From NCBI GenBank assembly GCA_021814165.1, contig JAKAIX010000001.1, forward strand, positions 77,623-141,622: a DNA stretch of 64,000 nt. The letters are read 5' to 3'. Every line of letters starts with the position of its first letter. Within the stretch, counting starts at the first letter, position 1. A program made the translations under genes and the position numbers. The DNA is from a bacterium (GTDB lineage: Bacteria > Patescibacteriota > Minisyncoccia > UBA6257 > GWB1-50-10). Below, piece after piece: positions 1 through 10,094 of the stretch. Below the pieces are notes generated by a model that was not told the origin of the DNA, searched no databases, and saw only the letters and a program-made list of their open reading frames with translations.

Positions 1-182
1 CGAGAGTGGTCTCGATAACTCGTTTACGTAAGCATCCGCGATATGAGAAAACCTATAAGATTACCACGCGTCTCAAGGCGCACGACGAGAAGGACGAATA
101 TAAAACGGGGGATAAGGTAATTATTCGTGAAACAAGACCGCTGTCGAAGGATAAAAGATGGGTCATAATCAGTAAGGCATAA
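1..182 (+). CDS. rpsQ: 30S ribosomal protein S17, 5'-truncated by the window edge
   Basis: Frame starting at base 3 reads RVVSITRLRKHPRYEKTYKITTRLKAHDE...GDKVIIRETRPLSKDKRW, the S17 signature. It lies directly upstream of rplN. Confidence 0.95.
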   Translation, partial: RVVSITRLRKHPRYEKTYKITTRLKAHDEKDEYKTGDKVIIRETRPLSKDKRWVIISKA

Positions 183-186
183 TAAC

Positions 187-558
187 ATGATTCAAGAACG
201 TTCTATTTTAAAAGTTGCTGATAACAGCGGGGCAAAAATCGTCCGCTGCTTCAGAGTTCTTGGAGGAGGAAGGAAACGATATGCCGAGGTAGGGGATATC
301 ATTATCGCATCGGTACAGGTTGCGGAACCGAGGAAACAAATCAAGAAGAAGGACATCGTCCGTGCGCTCGTTGTGCGGCAGAGGAAACCGCTTCGCCGCT
401 CTGACGGTTCGTATGTTCGTTTCGGCGATAACGCCGTGGTTATCATTGATAAAGACAAAAAAGAACCGAAAGCGACCCGCATCTTTGGTCCGATTCCACG
501 GGAAATAAAAGCGTTCGGCTACGACGCGATAACGTCGCTTGCGGAAGAGCTTGTGTAA
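187..558 (+). CDS. rplN: 50S ribosomal protein L14
   Basis: MIQERSILKVADNSGAK...TRIFGPIPRE motif; spc operon order. Confidence 0.98.
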   Translation: MIQERSILKVADNSGAKIVRCFRVLGGGRKRYAEVGDIIIASVQVAEPRKQIKKKDIVRALVVRQRKPLRRSDGSYVRFGDNAVVIIDKDKKEPKATRIFGPIPREIKAFGYDAITSLAEELV

Positions 559-562
559 CACT

Positions 563-868
563 ATGAAATTGAAAAAAGGAGACACAGTAAAATTTCTAAT
601 CGGTAAGGATCGCGGGAAGACCGGGAAGGTGCTTCGCGTTGACACGAAGGAAGGAATGGTTCTTGTCGAGGGATTACACATGTTTAAAAAGCACGTGCGA
701 CCGAAGCGGCAGGGAGATAAAGGGGAGGTAGTATCGCTCGCGAGGCCGGTTAACGCTTCCAATGTGATGTTGGTGTGCCCTTCTTGCCACGCTGCAACGA
801 GAATTGGGCGCAAAATTTCGGACGGCGGGAAGAGCAGGATATGCAAAAAGTGCAAAGCAACAATATGA
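563..868 (+). CDS. rplX: 50S ribosomal protein L24
   Basis: MKLKKGDTV..IGKDRGKTGKV KOW motif. Start moved to ATG 563. Confidence 0.97.
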   Translation: MKLKKGDTVKFLIGKDRGKTGKVLRVDTKEGMVLVEGLHMFKKHVRPKRQGDKGEVVSLARPVNASNVMLVCPSCHAATRIGRKISDGGKSRICKKCKATI

Positions 869-1356
869 CGGATACAAAAAAACAGACATACGCGATTGAA
901 AAAATCGTGGTCAATACGGGATTAGGGAGAGCGAGCCAACAGGCGCAGTTCGAGGATAAGATACTTCCGGAGATCGAGAAGGAATTAGCGACGATAGTCG
1001 GTCAGAAGCCCTCGCGCCGCCAGGCAAAGAAGTCCATCGCGGGTTTCAAGAGCCGTGCGGGACAGATTATAGGACTCGCGGCGACGCTTCGCGGTTCCCG
1101 TATGAATGATTTTCTTGAACGCCTCGTAAATCTCGTTCTTCCCCGCGTGAAAGATTTCCGCGGCCTGTCGGAGAAAAACGTGGATGCAAACGGTAATCTT
1201 AATATCGGCCTAAAGGAACAGAGCGTATTTCCTGAAATAGATCTTGAAAAGTCCAAGATGACGTTCGGGATTCAGATAACCATCGTTCCCAGGAAGAAAG
1301 AGAGAGACGCCGCAATTGCTTTCTACCGTCGTTATGGAGTACCATTGAAGAAATAA
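865..1356 (+). CDS. rplE: 50S ribosomal protein L5
   Basis: [33 protein letters not shown] 865 overlaps the rplX stop (ATGA). Confidence 0.97.
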   Translation: MTDTKKQTYAIEKIVVNTGLGRASQQAQFEDKILPEIEKELATIVGQKPSRRQAKKSIAGFKSRAGQIIGLAATLRGSRMNDFLERLVNLVLPRVKDFRGLSEKNVDANGNLNIGLKEQSVFPEIDLEKSKMTFGIQITIVPRKKERDAAIAFYRRYGVPLKK

Positions 1357-1357
1357 T

Positions 1358-1543
1358 ATGGCGAAGAAATCGGTCATCGCGAGAGCAAAAAAGAAACCGA
1401 AGTTCAGCACCAGAGTAGTTCTCCGGTGCTTTCGTTGTGGCAGAAAACGCGGTTATATACGCGATTTCAATCTTTGCCGCATTTGTTTTCGTGAATTGGC
1501 GAGTCGCGGGGAAATCCCGGGGGTAAAAAAAGCGAGTTGGTAA
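1358..1543 (+). CDS. rpsN: 30S ribosomal protein S14, short zinc-binding (type Z) form
   Basis: 61 aa with RCFRCGR...LCRICFRE CxxC pairs. Confidence 0.97.
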   Translation: MAKKSVIARAKKKPKFSTRVVLRCFRCGRKRGYIRDFNLCRICFRELASRGEIPGVKKASW

Positions 1544-1544
1544 C

Positions 1545-1919
1545 ATGAACTACACCGATTTTGTCATAAAAGTTAAGAATGCGAAGACCGCCGGAAAATC
1601 AACGGTGAAATCCGATGCCACAAAGATGAATAAGGCAATCGTCGAACTTCTTGTAACGCGCGGTTTTGTTAAGAGCGTGGAAGTAAAAGGGAAGGGGACG
1701 AAAAAATACCTCGAGATCGATCTTGGAGGGAAAAAACGGATTCATGCCATAACGTTTTTGAGTAAACCTTCGCTGCATCGCCATGCCGGATACAAAAATT
1801 TCAAAAAAGTGAAAAATGGATTTGGAATGCTTGTCGTTTCGACTCCGAAAGGAATTATGACCGGAGAAACAGCGAGAAAGGAGAAAGTCGGAGGAGAGTT
1901 GCTCTTTGAGATCTGGTAA
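1545..1919 (+). CDS. rpsH: 30S ribosomal protein S8
   Basis: SKPSL..., VVSTPKGIMTG..ARKEKVGGELLFEIW. Confidence 0.96.
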   Translation: MNYTDFVIKVKNAKTAGKSTVKSDATKMNKAIVELLVTRGFVKSVEVKGKGTKKYLEIDLGGKKRIHAITFLSKPSLHRHAGYKNFKKVKNGFGMLVVSTPKGIMTGETARKEKVGGELLFEIW

Positions 1920-1920
1920 C

Positions 1921-2475
1921 ATGAGTAAAATAGGAAAAATGCCAATAACTGTACCGGAGGGGATTACCGTCACGATTGACGGTGGGCTTATCCAGGTAAA
2001 AGGCGCAAAAGGGGAACTCACAATTCCGCTTCTTCAGGGGATTAAGGCATCGATAAACGACTCGACGCTTCTCTTTGAACCGCAGAGCGCCTCGAAACAG
2101 GCGAGAAGCAATTGGGGAACCCAGCGCGCGCTCGTTCAGAATGCCGTCCAGGGACTCACGAAGGGATTCGAAAAAGGACTCATCCTCGAAGGGGTCGGCT
2201 TTCGCATCACGAAAGAAGGCGAAGGGCTTACTTTGAATTTGGGATTCTCGCACCAAGTGAAATACGAACCGCCCAAAGGCATCACGTTCGAGGTGGAAAA
2301 AAATTCCCGGCTTAAGATAAGAGGGATCGATAAAGCGCTCGTCGGTCAGGTTGCCGCCCAGGTTCGTTCGCTCAAGAAACCGGAACCCTACAAAGGAAAG
2401 GGATTCAGATATGACAACGAAATATTGCGAAGGAAAGTCGGGAAGAAAGCGGGTACGAGCGGCTCCGCGGCATAA
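1921..2475 (+). CDS. rplF: 50S ribosomal protein L6
   Basis: MSKIGKMPI...PEPYKGKGFRY. Confidence 0.97.
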   Translation: MSKIGKMPITVPEGITVTIDGGLIQVKGAKGELTIPLLQGIKASINDSTLLFEPQSASKQARSNWGTQRALVQNAVQGLTKGFEKGLILEGVGFRITKEGEGLTLNLGFSHQVKYEPPKGITFEVEKNSRLKIRGIDKALVGQVAAQVRSLKKPEPYKGKGFRYDNEILRRKVGKKAGTSGSAA

Positions 2476-2484
2476 CGCATCACC

Positions 2485-2847
2485 ATGAATAAGACAAAAC
2501 AACTCAATATAAAAAGAACAGCAAGAAAGAGAAGGGTCCGTTCGAAAATTCGAGGAACGGCGGAAAAGCCGCGCCTTTCGGTATATCGGAGCAATACTCA
2601 TATCTATGCCCAACTTATTGATGACGCGAAGAGGGCTACGATTGCTTCCGCGTCTTCCCTTGAAATCAAGCAGGGAACGAAGAAGATAGCGAAATCGGAA
2701 ATTGCAAAAACAGTGGGTGCGGAACTCGCGAAGAAAGGGAAAGCGGCTGGAATCAAGACTGCGGTGTTCGATCGCGGAAGTTATCGGTATCATGGTCGCG
2801 TAAAAGCGCTCGCGGAAGCGGTGCGCGAGGGAGGTATTAATTTCTAA
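2485..2847 (+). CDS. rplR: 50S ribosomal protein L18
   Basis: [19 protein letters not shown]...[18 protein letters not shown]. Confidence 0.97.
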   Translation: MNKTKQLNIKRTARKRRVRSKIRGTAEKPRLSVYRSNTHIYAQLIDDAKRATIASASSLEIKQGTKKIAKSEIAKTVGAELAKKGKAAGIKTAVFDRGSYRYHGRVKALAEAVREGGINF

Positions 2848-2851
2848 AACT

Positions 2852-3343
2852 ATGGAAAGACAATCGCGTCCGATGCGGGCGAAAAAAAGCGAATTTCAGG
2901 ACAAAGCGCTCGAGATACGAAGAGTGACCAGGGTTGTCGCGGGCGGAAAACGTTTCAGCTTCCGTGCGACCGTCGTGGTAGGCGACATGAAAGGAAGAGT
3001 GGGAGTCGGAATCGCAAAAGGACTCGATGTTGCGGCAGCAGTCGAAAAAGCAAAGCGTCAGGCCCAAAAAGACATGGTGCGCGTTCCCCTAAAAGAGCAG
3101 CGAACGATTCCTCACGATGTCGAGGCGAAATACAGCGCAGCAAAAATCAGAATTAAACCGGCACAGAAAAACCACGGCCTTATCGCGGGTGGCGCTTCCC
3201 GTATCGTGTTGGAGCTTGCGGGAGTAAAGGATGTTTCCGCAAAAATACTCGGACGAACGACGAATAAGCTCACGAATGCGATGGCAACACTTGAAGCACT
3301 TCGCATGCTGGAAAAAGAACAACACGAAATGCAAAGCGAATAA
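2852..3343 (+). CDS. rpsE: 30S ribosomal protein S5
   Basis: RVTRVVAGGKRFSFRATVVVGD. Confidence 0.97.
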   Translation: MERQSRPMRAKKSEFQDKALEIRRVTRVVAGGKRFSFRATVVVGDMKGRVGVGIAKGLDVAAAVEKAKRQAQKDMVRVPLKEQRTIPHDVEAKYSAAKIRIKPAQKNHGLIAGGASRIVLELAGVKDVSAKILGRTTNKLTNAMATLEALRMLEKEQHEMQSE

Positions 3344-3344
3344 T

Positions 3345-3767
3345 ATGCGTGTACACGAACTTGTAACAACCGAAAAAAGGAGGAGGAAAAAACGTCTTGG
3401 GCGGAGCGGTGCCCATGGAAAGACCTCGGGACGCGGACAGAAAGGACAGCGGGCGCGCGCGGGACATAGTGTAAAGCCCGCAGAACGGGATTTAATCCAG
3501 CGCATTCCGAAACTCCGCGGATCAAAAAATAAGAGAAAAAGCGAATCCGCGATCGTGATTCCCGTCGGAATAATCGAGAAACTCGCCGAAAACGGGAAAC
3601 TTACCCGCGCGATATTGGTCTCGAGACGCGTGATAAAAGAAATCCGGAGAAACGTGAAAATAGTAGGCCAGGGGGCCTGCATGAAGCCCGTTATGGTGGA
3701 GGGCATACCCGCTTCCAAAACCGCAAAAGAAAAGATAGAAAAAGCGGGGGGGAGCGTAAAGGCTTAA
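3345..3767 (+). CDS. rplO: 50S ribosomal protein L15
   Basis: RLGRSGAHGKTSGRGQKGQRARAG...KIEKAGG. Start ATG 3345. Confidence 0.96.
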   Translation: MRVHELVTTEKRRRKKRLGRSGAHGKTSGRGQKGQRARAGHSVKPAERDLIQRIPKLRGSKNKRKSESAIVIPVGIIEKLAENGKLTRAILVSRRVIKEIRRNVKIVGQGACMKPVMVEGIPASKTAKEKIEKAGGSVKA

Positions 3768-3803
3768 TCGGGAAACTCAAGCAGCACGCACAGAATCTGA
3801 GAT

Positions 3804-5075
3804 ATGAACAAATTCCTCCAAATTTTCAAAATACCGGACTTGAGAAAGAAGGTCCTTATGGTGCTCTTTCTTCTTTTCGTATTTCGTCTTCTTGCCGCGA
3901 TTCCGATCCCGGGCATCGACGCCGTTCGTCTCCAGCAATTTCTCTCCTCGAACGAATTATTCGGATTTCTAAACATTTTTTCGGGTGGAGGCCTTTCAAA
4001 CCTCTCGATTATGATGCTTGGCGTAGGTCCTTATATCACGGCAACCATCATTATGCAGCTTCTCACAATCGTATTTCCGAAATTAAAAAAGGCGTACTAC
4101 GAAGAAGGAGCCGCGGGACAAGCAAAATTCAACCGCATCTCGCGATATCTCACCGTTCCGCTCGCGATGTTTTCGGGGTACGGTTTTCTGAATCTTCTCG
4201 CATCCCAGCGGGTATTGCCGCATCTCTCATTTCTCGAGCTCGTGAATAACGTCATTATCATCACGGCGGGCAGCATTCTTATCATGTGGATAGGAGAACT
4301 CATTTCCGAGTACAAGATAGGAAACGGCATCTCCCTTATTATCTTTGCGGGTATTGTGAGCCGCCTTCCGCAGGAAGCCGCGGCAGCGTTTTTTAACTAC
4401 AATCCGGATATGCTGCCAACCTACATTGCTTTCATATTGTTGAGTATTATCGTGATCGCGGGAGTCGTGTTCGTGAATGAAGGGGAGCGTAAAATTCCCG
4501 TGTCATACGCAAAACAAGTCCGCGGTATGAAGATGTACGGCGGAGTATCGACGTATTTGCCGCTTCGGGTGAATCAGGCGGGCGTGATTCCAATCATCTT
4601 CGCAATTTCTCTCCTCCTTTTTCCTCAATTCTTCGCACAGATGATTTCGATTGCCTCTCCGTCTCTTTCGCTCAAATTGAATGCATGGGTGACCGGTTTT
4701 TTCAACAACGTCCCGCTTTACAGTTTGATCTACTTCATTCTCGTCGTGCTTTTTACCTACTTCTACACGGCAATTACATTTGATCCGGGAGAAATCTCGA
4801 AGAACCTTCAGCGAAACGGGGGATTCATTCCCGGAATCAGACCGGGACAGGCAACCACCGACACCATCGCGAAAATTACGCGTCGTATTACGCTCTTCGG
4901 CGCTCTCTTTCTCGGTGCCATTGCCATCCTCCCGAACATCACGCAGATTGTGACCGGTATCCAGGCGCTCACGATTGGCGGCACGGCGCTCCTCATCGTA
5001 GTCGCCGTTGCACTCGAAATCATGAAACAAATAGAATCCCAGCTTACGGTAAGGGAATACGAGGGGATTTTCTAA
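3804..5075 (+). CDS. secY: Preprotein translocase subunit SecY
   Basis: [53 protein letters not shown]. Confidence 0.98.
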   Translation: MNKFLQIFKIPDLRKKVLMVLFLLFVFRLLAAIPIPGIDAVRLQQFLSSNELFGFLNIFSGGGLSNLSIMMLGVGPYITATIIMQLLTIVFPKLKKAYYEEGAAGQAKFNRISRYLTVPLAMFSGYGFLNLLASQRVLPHLSFLELVNNVIIITAGSILIMWIGELISEYKIGNGISLIIFAGIVSRLPQEAAAAFFNYNPDMLPTYIAFILLSIIVIAGVVFVNEGERKIPVSYAKQVRGMKMYGGVSTYLPLRVNQAGVIPIIFAISLLLFPQFFAQMISIASPSLSLKLNAWVTGFFNNVPLYSLIYFILVVLFTYFYTAITFDPGEISKNLQRNGGFIPGIRPGQATTDTIAKITRRITLFGALFLGAIAILPNITQIVTGIQALTIGGTALLIVVAVALEIMKQIESQLTVREYEGIF

Positions 5076-5076
5076 T

Positions 5077-5769
5077 ATGAAGGGGAGCAAAAAGGCAGTG
5101 ATTCTTTATGGGCCGCCGGGTTCGGGAAAAGGAACTCAGGCGGAGCTTCTCGTGCGACGTTACGGATTTTTCCACTTCGACACCGGTCAATATCTCCGCC
5201 GCCTCCTAAACGACCCGAAGAATAAAAACAACAAAGAGATTCAGAGAGAGAAGAAGTTGAACGAAGAAGGCACACTCAACACCCCTTCGTTCGTCCTCAA
5301 ACGAGTGAGAGAAGAAACGCGCCGGATTTCCCGGATGGGTCTAAGCATCACCTATAGCGGATCGCCGCGGACGCTTTTCGAAGCCTTCGGCGACGTCAAA
5401 CACGAAGGTCTTCTCGCTCTGTTAAAAAAAGAATATGGGACGAAGAACGTGTTTATTATCCAACTTCTCGTGAATTCCGCTTCCGCCGCAAAGCGAAACG
5501 CCGGTCGGCTTATGTGCGCCGTCTGCGGTTTGCCGATCCTTGCCGCCTCGAAAACAACAACATGTTCATTTTGCGGCGCACCGGCAAAACGGAGGGTAGA
5601 CGACGATCCGAAAATTTTTGCACACCGCATCGAAGAATACAAAAAACGTACATTCCCCATTCTTACAAAGGCGATTGCACGAGGCTACGCCATCAAAAAG
5701 ATAAACGGGGAACCGGCACCCTATCGCGTTCATGATGCGATAGCCGCATACCTGGAAAAGGCACACTAA
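5077..5769 (+). CDS. adk: Adenylate kinase family protein with Zn-binding lid
   Basis: [12 protein letters not shown]-loop, GSPRT, CAVC...CSFC lid; canonical position after secY. Confidence 0.9.
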   Translation: MKGSKKAVILYGPPGSGKGTQAELLVRRYGFFHFDTGQYLRRLLNDPKNKNNKEIQREKKLNEEGTLNTPSFVLKRVREETRRISRMGLSITYSGSPRTLFEAFGDVKHEGLLALLKKEYGTKNVFIIQLLVNSASAAKRNAGRLMCAVCGLPILAASKTTTCSFCGAPAKRRVDDDPKIFAHRIEEYKKRTFPILTKAIARGYAIKKINGEPAPYRVHDAIAAYLEKAH

Positions 5770-6533
5770 TGATTTCCCTAAAAGGTGAGAAAGATATCGA
5801 ATTGCTTCGCGATTCGGGGAAGATTCTTGTTAAGATTCTTCTCGCGCTTAAAGAAAAATCGATCGCCGGCACGAATCTCCTCGAACTCGAGACGACGGCA
5901 CGCGACATGCTCCGCGAAGCGGGCGCAACCTCGGCGTTTTTGAACTACAAGCCCGAAGGTGCTTCACGTCCGTATCCCGCGGTGCTTTGCACTTCACTGA
6001 ACGAGCAGGTGGTGCACGGCATACCGTTCGATTACTCCCTGAAGGAAGGCGATGTTCTGAAGATCGATTTCGGCGTCGTTTATAAGGAACGGATAACCGA
6101 CGCAGCGATTACCATCCCGATAGGCAAGGTAACGAACGCCGCAAAAGAGCTCGTGAAGACTACCGAAGAATCTCTTCAAAAAGGAATTGCCGCCGCGAAG
6201 GCGAAAGGCGCGCGTTTGGGTGATATCGGGTGGGCGATAGAACACGAGGTTGAAGGACAAGGGTTTTCGGTTGTCGACGGACTCACCGGGCACGGCGTCG
6301 GCTTTAAACTCCACGAAGATCCGAACGTCTATAATTACGGCCAAAAAGGAGAAGGAATGATACTTAAGGAAGGGCTGGTAATTGCGATAGAACCGATGGT
6401 GAGCGCGGGTTCTTCACAGATTATCCAGAGAGAAGACGGGAGTTACCAGACGAAAGACGGGGCCCTAAGCGCTCATTTTGAAAAAACAATCGCCATTACA
6501 AAAAATGGCGTCGAGATACTTACTACCTTTTAG
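5769..6533 (+). CDS. map: Methionine aminopeptidase type I
   Basis: VVHGIP, GHGVG..LHEDP, IAIEPM, SAHFEKT. Confidence 0.97.
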   Translation: MISLKGEKDIELLRDSGKILVKILLALKEKSIAGTNLLELETTARDMLREAGATSAFLNYKPEGASRPYPAVLCTSLNEQVVHGIPFDYSLKEGDVLKIDFGVVYKERITDAAITIPIGKVTNAAKELVKTTEESLQKGIAAAKAKGARLGDIGWAIEHEVEGQGFSVVDGLTGHGVGFKLHEDPNVYNYGQKGEGMILKEGLVIAIEPMVSAGSSQIIQREDGSYQTKDGALSAHFEKTIAITKNGVEILTTF

Positions 6534-6548
6534 CTATTCCTTTTTTAT

Positions 6549-6629
6549 CCCGAACTCCATTCTTCTGAACGAGGGTAAGACTTGGCCAAGCGGCCCGGAG
6601 CGCCCGAGTGAAGGAAAATGGAGTTCGGG
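6549..6629 (+). repeat. Structured dispersed element, copy 1 (conserved core in a unique closing stem)
   Basis: Core GAACGAGGGTAAGACTTGGCCAAGCGGCCCGGAGCGCCCGAGTGA flanked by the inverted repeat CCCGAACTCCATT/AATGGAGTTCGGG. Lies between convergent map and topA. Confidence 0.9.
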
Positions 6630-6631
6630 GT

Positions 6632-8713
6632 TTATTCTTCCTTGTCTCCGCTCTTATCTTCGTCTGCGTCCCCGTCACCATCACCATCCTCGCCGTCCTT
6701 ATTCTCCGGTTTCGTCCAGCTTGCAAAATCACACTCCGGATAACGGTTGCATCCGTAAAAAAACCTTCCCCGCTTTGTCCTCCTCCGAATTACCCTTCCC
6801 GTCCCGCACTTGGGACATGGCCCCAGATCGTTCGATCCCGTGGGAGCAAGTGATTTGGTGCTCTTGCACTCCGGAAAGCCCGTACAGGCCAAAAATCGCC
6901 CAAAACGGCCCGTTTTTATGGCCATCGGCTTGCCACATCTTTCGCAAACCTCGTCTGTGGACTCTTGGGGCGCCAAGGCCTCTTTTTGGACACTCTCGTA
7001 TTTCTTCTCAAGATGTTTCTTAAAAGGTTCATAGAATTCGCGTATGGTATCCCGCCATCTTCTTTTTCCCTCGGCGACTTCGTCAAGCTCCTCTTCCATG
7101 TGCGCAGTAAACCCGAGATCGACGATCTCGGGAAAGTGTTCCGTAAGCACCTTGTTCACCAGAAGTCCTATTTCCGTCGGTTCGAAACGGCGCTCCGGGT
7201 TCTTTTGGACATAATTTCTGCTCTGAATAACCGAGATGATGGGAGCGTACGTGGAAGGCCGCCCGATCCCGTTCGCTTCGAGTGTTTTAATCAGACTTGC
7301 TTCGTTATAACGCGCAGGGGGTTCGGTAAAATGCTGCTCGGGTTTTACCTCCGAAAATCGCAGCGCTTCTCCTTTTTTGAGTGCGGGAAGAAGCCTTTCT
7401 TCGAACGTTTGATTCCACACTCTCAAAAATCCGTCGAAGCGCATTGTCGCCCCGTTTGCCTTGAGTGTAAACGTGTCATCTCCATTCCTCGCTTCGACGA
7501 GAACGCTTGTAAGCGCGAAAATTGCCGGGGGGAGTTGAGAAGCCATGAATCTGCGCCAGATCAGGTCATATAGTTTCTTTTCCTTTGCGTCCTCGAGCGT
7601 AATGGAAACGGGATCGAGGAGGGGATTCGTCGGACGTATTGCTTCGTGCGCTTCTTGTGCAAGACGCGATTTTGTTTTGAACACCCGGGGAGCTTCCAAA
7701 AGATAATTCTTGCCGAACTTCTCGCCGATGTATTTCTGCGCGATATGAAGCGATTCCGTCGAGAGATTCACCGAATCGGTGCGCATATAGGTGATGAAGC
7801 CGTTCTCATAAAGTCTCTGTGCAAGCATCATCGTCTGTTTTGCACTCATGTGAAGGCGACGGTTCGCCTCTTGTTGAAGCGTACTTGTAATAAACGGCGG
7901 GAGGGGATTGCGTTTCATTTCTTTCTCCTCGATCGCAATCACGGAGTATGTCGCGTTTTTCAGCTTCTCCGCGATCGCCGTCGCATCGGCCTTGTTCCGA
8001 ATCGTGAATTTCTCGAACGGTTCTCCCCCGATTTTAAAAAGTGAGGCTTCAAATACGTTCTCTTTCGTATTCTCGGGAGAGAGTATTACGCGGATCGTCC
8101 AATATTCTTCCGGTTTGAAGCGCTTAATCTCTTCTTCCCGTTCCACAATAAGCCGCAGAGCGACCGATTGCACCCGGCCGGCGGAAAGTCCCCGCACGAT
8201 CTTCTTCCAAAGAAAAGGGGAAAGTTCGTATCCCACAAGGCGGTCCAAGACGCGCCTTGCTTGCTGGGCGTCCACGAGATGCAGGTTGAGCGCTCTCGGA
8301 TGTTTCAACGCGTCCTGAATCGCGGACTCCGTAATTTCATGAAATACGATACGCTCGACCGGAATATCTTTCTTGACTTGGGATTTGGAACTTTTGATTT
8401 GAAAACCCCCAAGCTCAAGAGCTTGGGTAAGATGCCACGCGATGGCTTCTCCCTCCCGGTCTTCGTCGGTTGCGAGAATAACTTCATCCGCTTTCACCGC
8501 AAGTTTTTTTAAAGCGGTGACGTTCTTCTTCGCCTTCATCGGAATGATATAATGCGGTTCGAAGTCGTGCTCGATATCGATGCCGATCTTGCTCTTCGGC
8601 AGGTCCCTGATATGCCCGTAGGAAGATTCTACATGAAACCCCTCTCCCAGGAATTTGCCTATCGTTTTGGCTTTGGTGGGGCTTTCAACGATGACTAATT
8701 TCGTCTGTTTCAT
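6632..8713 (-). CDS. topA: DNA topoisomerase I
   Basis: LVIVESPTKAKTI, ATDEDREGEAIAWH, SAGRVQS, ITYMRTDS, GIGRPSTY, C-terminal Zn ribbons. Confidence 0.98.
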   Translation of the reverse strand: MKQTKLVIVESPTKAKTIGKFLGEGFHVESSYGHIRDLPKSKIGIDIEHDFEPHYIIPMKAKKNVTALKKLAVKADEVILATDEDREGEAIAWHLTQALELGGFQIKSSKSQVKKDIPVERIVFHEITESAIQDALKHPRALNLHLVDAQQARRVLDRLVGYELSPFLWKKIVRGLSAGRVQSVALRLIVEREEEIKRFKPEEYWTIRVILSPENTKENVFEASLFKIGGEPFEKFTIRNKADATAIAEKLKNATYSVIAIEEKEMKRNPLPPFITSTLQQEANRRLHMSAKQTMMLAQRLYENGFITYMRTDSVNLSTESLHIAQKYIGEKFGKNYLLEAPRVFKTKSRLAQEAHEAIRPTNPLLDPVSITLEDAKEKKLYDLIWRRFMASQLPPAIFALTSVLVEARNGDDTFTLKANGATMRFDGFLRVWNQTFEERLLPALKKGEALRFSEVKPEQHFTEPPARYNEASLIKTLEANGIGRPSTYAPIISVIQSRNYVQKNPERRFEPTEIGLLVNKVLTEHFPEIVDLGFTAHMEEELDEVAEGKRRWRDTIREFYEPFKKHLEKKYESVQKEALAPQESTDEVCERCGKPMAIKTGRFGRFLACTGFPECKSTKSLAPTGSNDLGPCPKCGTGRVIRRRTKRGRFFYGCNRYPECDFASWTKPENKDGEDGDGDGDADEDKSGDKEE
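8374..8401. repeat. Four degenerate heptamers inside topA
   Basis: TGACTTG GGATTTG GAACTTT TGATTTG; lies in the FQIKSSKSQVK segment. Confidence 0.5.
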
Positions 8714-9606
8714 GATTTCGCTATGGAAAACGTCCCGTGTAATTCCTCAATCTTTCCCTCCAATATAAGAAGAGAAAGCTCCTGATTCACTCGTTGTGTC
8801 TCAAGATGGGTCATTTCCGAGATGTTGTCAACCGTAAGAGGCGAAGAGGCCTCTTTGATGGCCCGGAAAACCGGAGATGTTTCTTTTTCCTCATGGCCCC
8901 TCTCCCGTTCTTTTTCCGGAACGGCAAGCACGCCTTCGTATGCCTTCAAGGCTTCTTCAAGATCGTGCGCGATGTCCTTTGCGCTTGTCACAAGTCGTGC
9001 TCCCTCCCGTATGAGCATGTGCGATCCCTGATAATTCCTGTGACGGACCGGTCCGGGCACCACGAAGACTTCGCGCCCTTGCTCGAGCGCGAAACGCGCC
9101 GTCGCAAGCGATCCCGATCTCATGGGCGCTTCGACGACGATTGTCGCGATGCTCATTCCGCTTATGATCCTGTTTCGTTCGAGGAATTGATGCCGTAGGG
9201 GAGCGATACCTTCCGGGTATTCCGAGCAGATAGCGCCGCTTTGCGCAACAATCGACTCCGCAAGATGTTCATGGAGCAGGGGATACACGGTATCGAGGCC
9301 GTTCGCAAGAACCGCAATCGTATTTCCTCCTCCCTGAAGCGCGCCTTCGTGCGCCGCGCCATCGATGCCGATTGCAAGTCCGCTCACGATGGTAATGCCT
9401 GCTTTCGCGAGATCATAGGCAATCTGTTTTGCGATAAGTTTCCCGTCTTGTGTCGCTTTCCTCGTACCGACGATTGCAACGCATATGCACGGGGAAGGAA
9501 ACGAGCCTTTTACGAAAAGCGTCGCGGGAGGGCTCGGTATTTCACGAAGCAGTTTCGGATACTCCTCCTCCGAATATGAGATGTGATGAATAGGAGAAAT
9601 CGGCAT
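8710..9606 (-). CDS. dprA: DNA-processing protein DprA
   Basis: VAIVGTR, IVSGLAIGIDGAAH, FLERNRIISG, VVEAPMRSGSLATA. Start moved to ATG 9606 because the longer ORF runs into the tRNA. Confidence 0.96.
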   Translation of the reverse strand: MPISPIHHISYSEEEYPKLLREIPSPPATLFVKGSFPSPCICVAIVGTRKATQDGKLIAKQIAYDLAKAGITIVSGLAIGIDGAAHEGALQGGGNTIAVLANGLDTVYPLLHEHLAESIVAQSGAICSEYPEGIAPLRHQFLERNRIISGMSIATIVVEAPMRSGSLATARFALEQGREVFVVPGPVRHRNYQGSHMLIREGARLVTSAKDIAHDLEEALKAYEGVLAVPEKERERGHEEKETSPVFRAIKEASSPLTVDNISEMTHLETQRVNQELSLLILEGKIEELHGTFSIAKS

Positions 9607-9638
9607 AACAATAACGATATCCAAAAACTGCCTTATTT

Positions 9639-9713
9639 TGGTGGGCATGGAAGGAATCGAACCTTCGACCTCTGTCTTATCAGGACAGCGTTCTACCACT
9701 GAACTACATGCCC
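9639..9713 (-). tRNA. tRNA-Ile(GAT) with encoded CCA
   Basis: Minus strand reads GGGCATGTAGTTCAGTGGTAGAACG CTGTC CT GAT AA GACAG AGGTC GAAGGTTCGATTCCTTC CATGCCC A CCA. Confidence 0.97.
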
Positions 9714-9973
9714 GTATTCTTTATAAATCCATCTTTTACTATCTTATCAATATAATCCTTTCGCTTTAGTTTTTTCAACCTCAATTCTATTTTCCTGGCA
9801 ATCTACAAGCTTGGAAATTTTTGAACAAAAACTAATTTTTTTTCGTCCATTCTCCTTGTTGTTTGAGTATGACCGTGCTGGTGTTGATACCATCTTCTAT
9901 AAATATCATTAGTACTTCCAATGTACAATCTATTGTTCGTACCATCTTTAATAATATAAACAAAGCCATCCAT
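9704..9973 (-). pseudogene. Small GIY-YIG nuclease with one in-frame TAG (not in the ORF track)
   Basis: Manual translation: MDGFVYIIKDGTNNRLYIGSTNDIYRRWYQHQHGHTQTTRRMDEKKLVFVQKFPSL*IARKIELRLKKLKRKDYIDKIVKDGFIKNTGM*. Shows FVYI/YIGST/R-x3-H and a conserved E. Internal stop at 9803-9805; final stop inside tRNA-Ile. Confidence 0.88.
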
Positions 9974-9975
9974 AG

Positions 9976-10051
9976 GCGTTCTACCATCCCGACGCGCTTC
10001 GCGGTCGGGACTCCGACCCCCGAAGGGGCGTCGGAGTTGAACTACATGCCC
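9976..10051 (-). repeat. Duplicated 5' end of tRNA-Ile with a twin hairpin inserted in the D-loop
   Basis: Minus strand: GGGCATGTAGTTCA [ACTCCGACGCCCCTTCGGGGGTCGGAGT CCCGACCGCGAAGCGCGTCGGGA] TGGTAGAACGC. The flanks match the tRNA at 9639-9713. Confidence 0.9.
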
Positions 10052-10065
10052 AAATTACGATTTTG

Positions 10066-10094
10066 AGTGTAAGTGAATTCTACTTCTGAATCAA
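10066..10094 (-). promoter_or_regulatory. Sigma70-like promoter for the tRNA-Ile/GIY-YIG unit
   Basis: Minus strand TTGATT-17 nt-TACACT, just upstream of the 5' tRNA copy. Confidence 0.65.

Noticed and set aside
6632-6700. Acidic DGDGDG tail of TopA as a repeat element
   Set aside because: A short low-complexity coding tail with no other copy; not informative.
9803-9805. Stop-codon reassignment explaining the internal TAG in the GIY-YIG ORF
   Set aside because: TAG, TGA and TAA all terminate conserved genes here (map and murF TAG; rplX and rsmI TGA), so code 11 applies and a point mutation is simpler.
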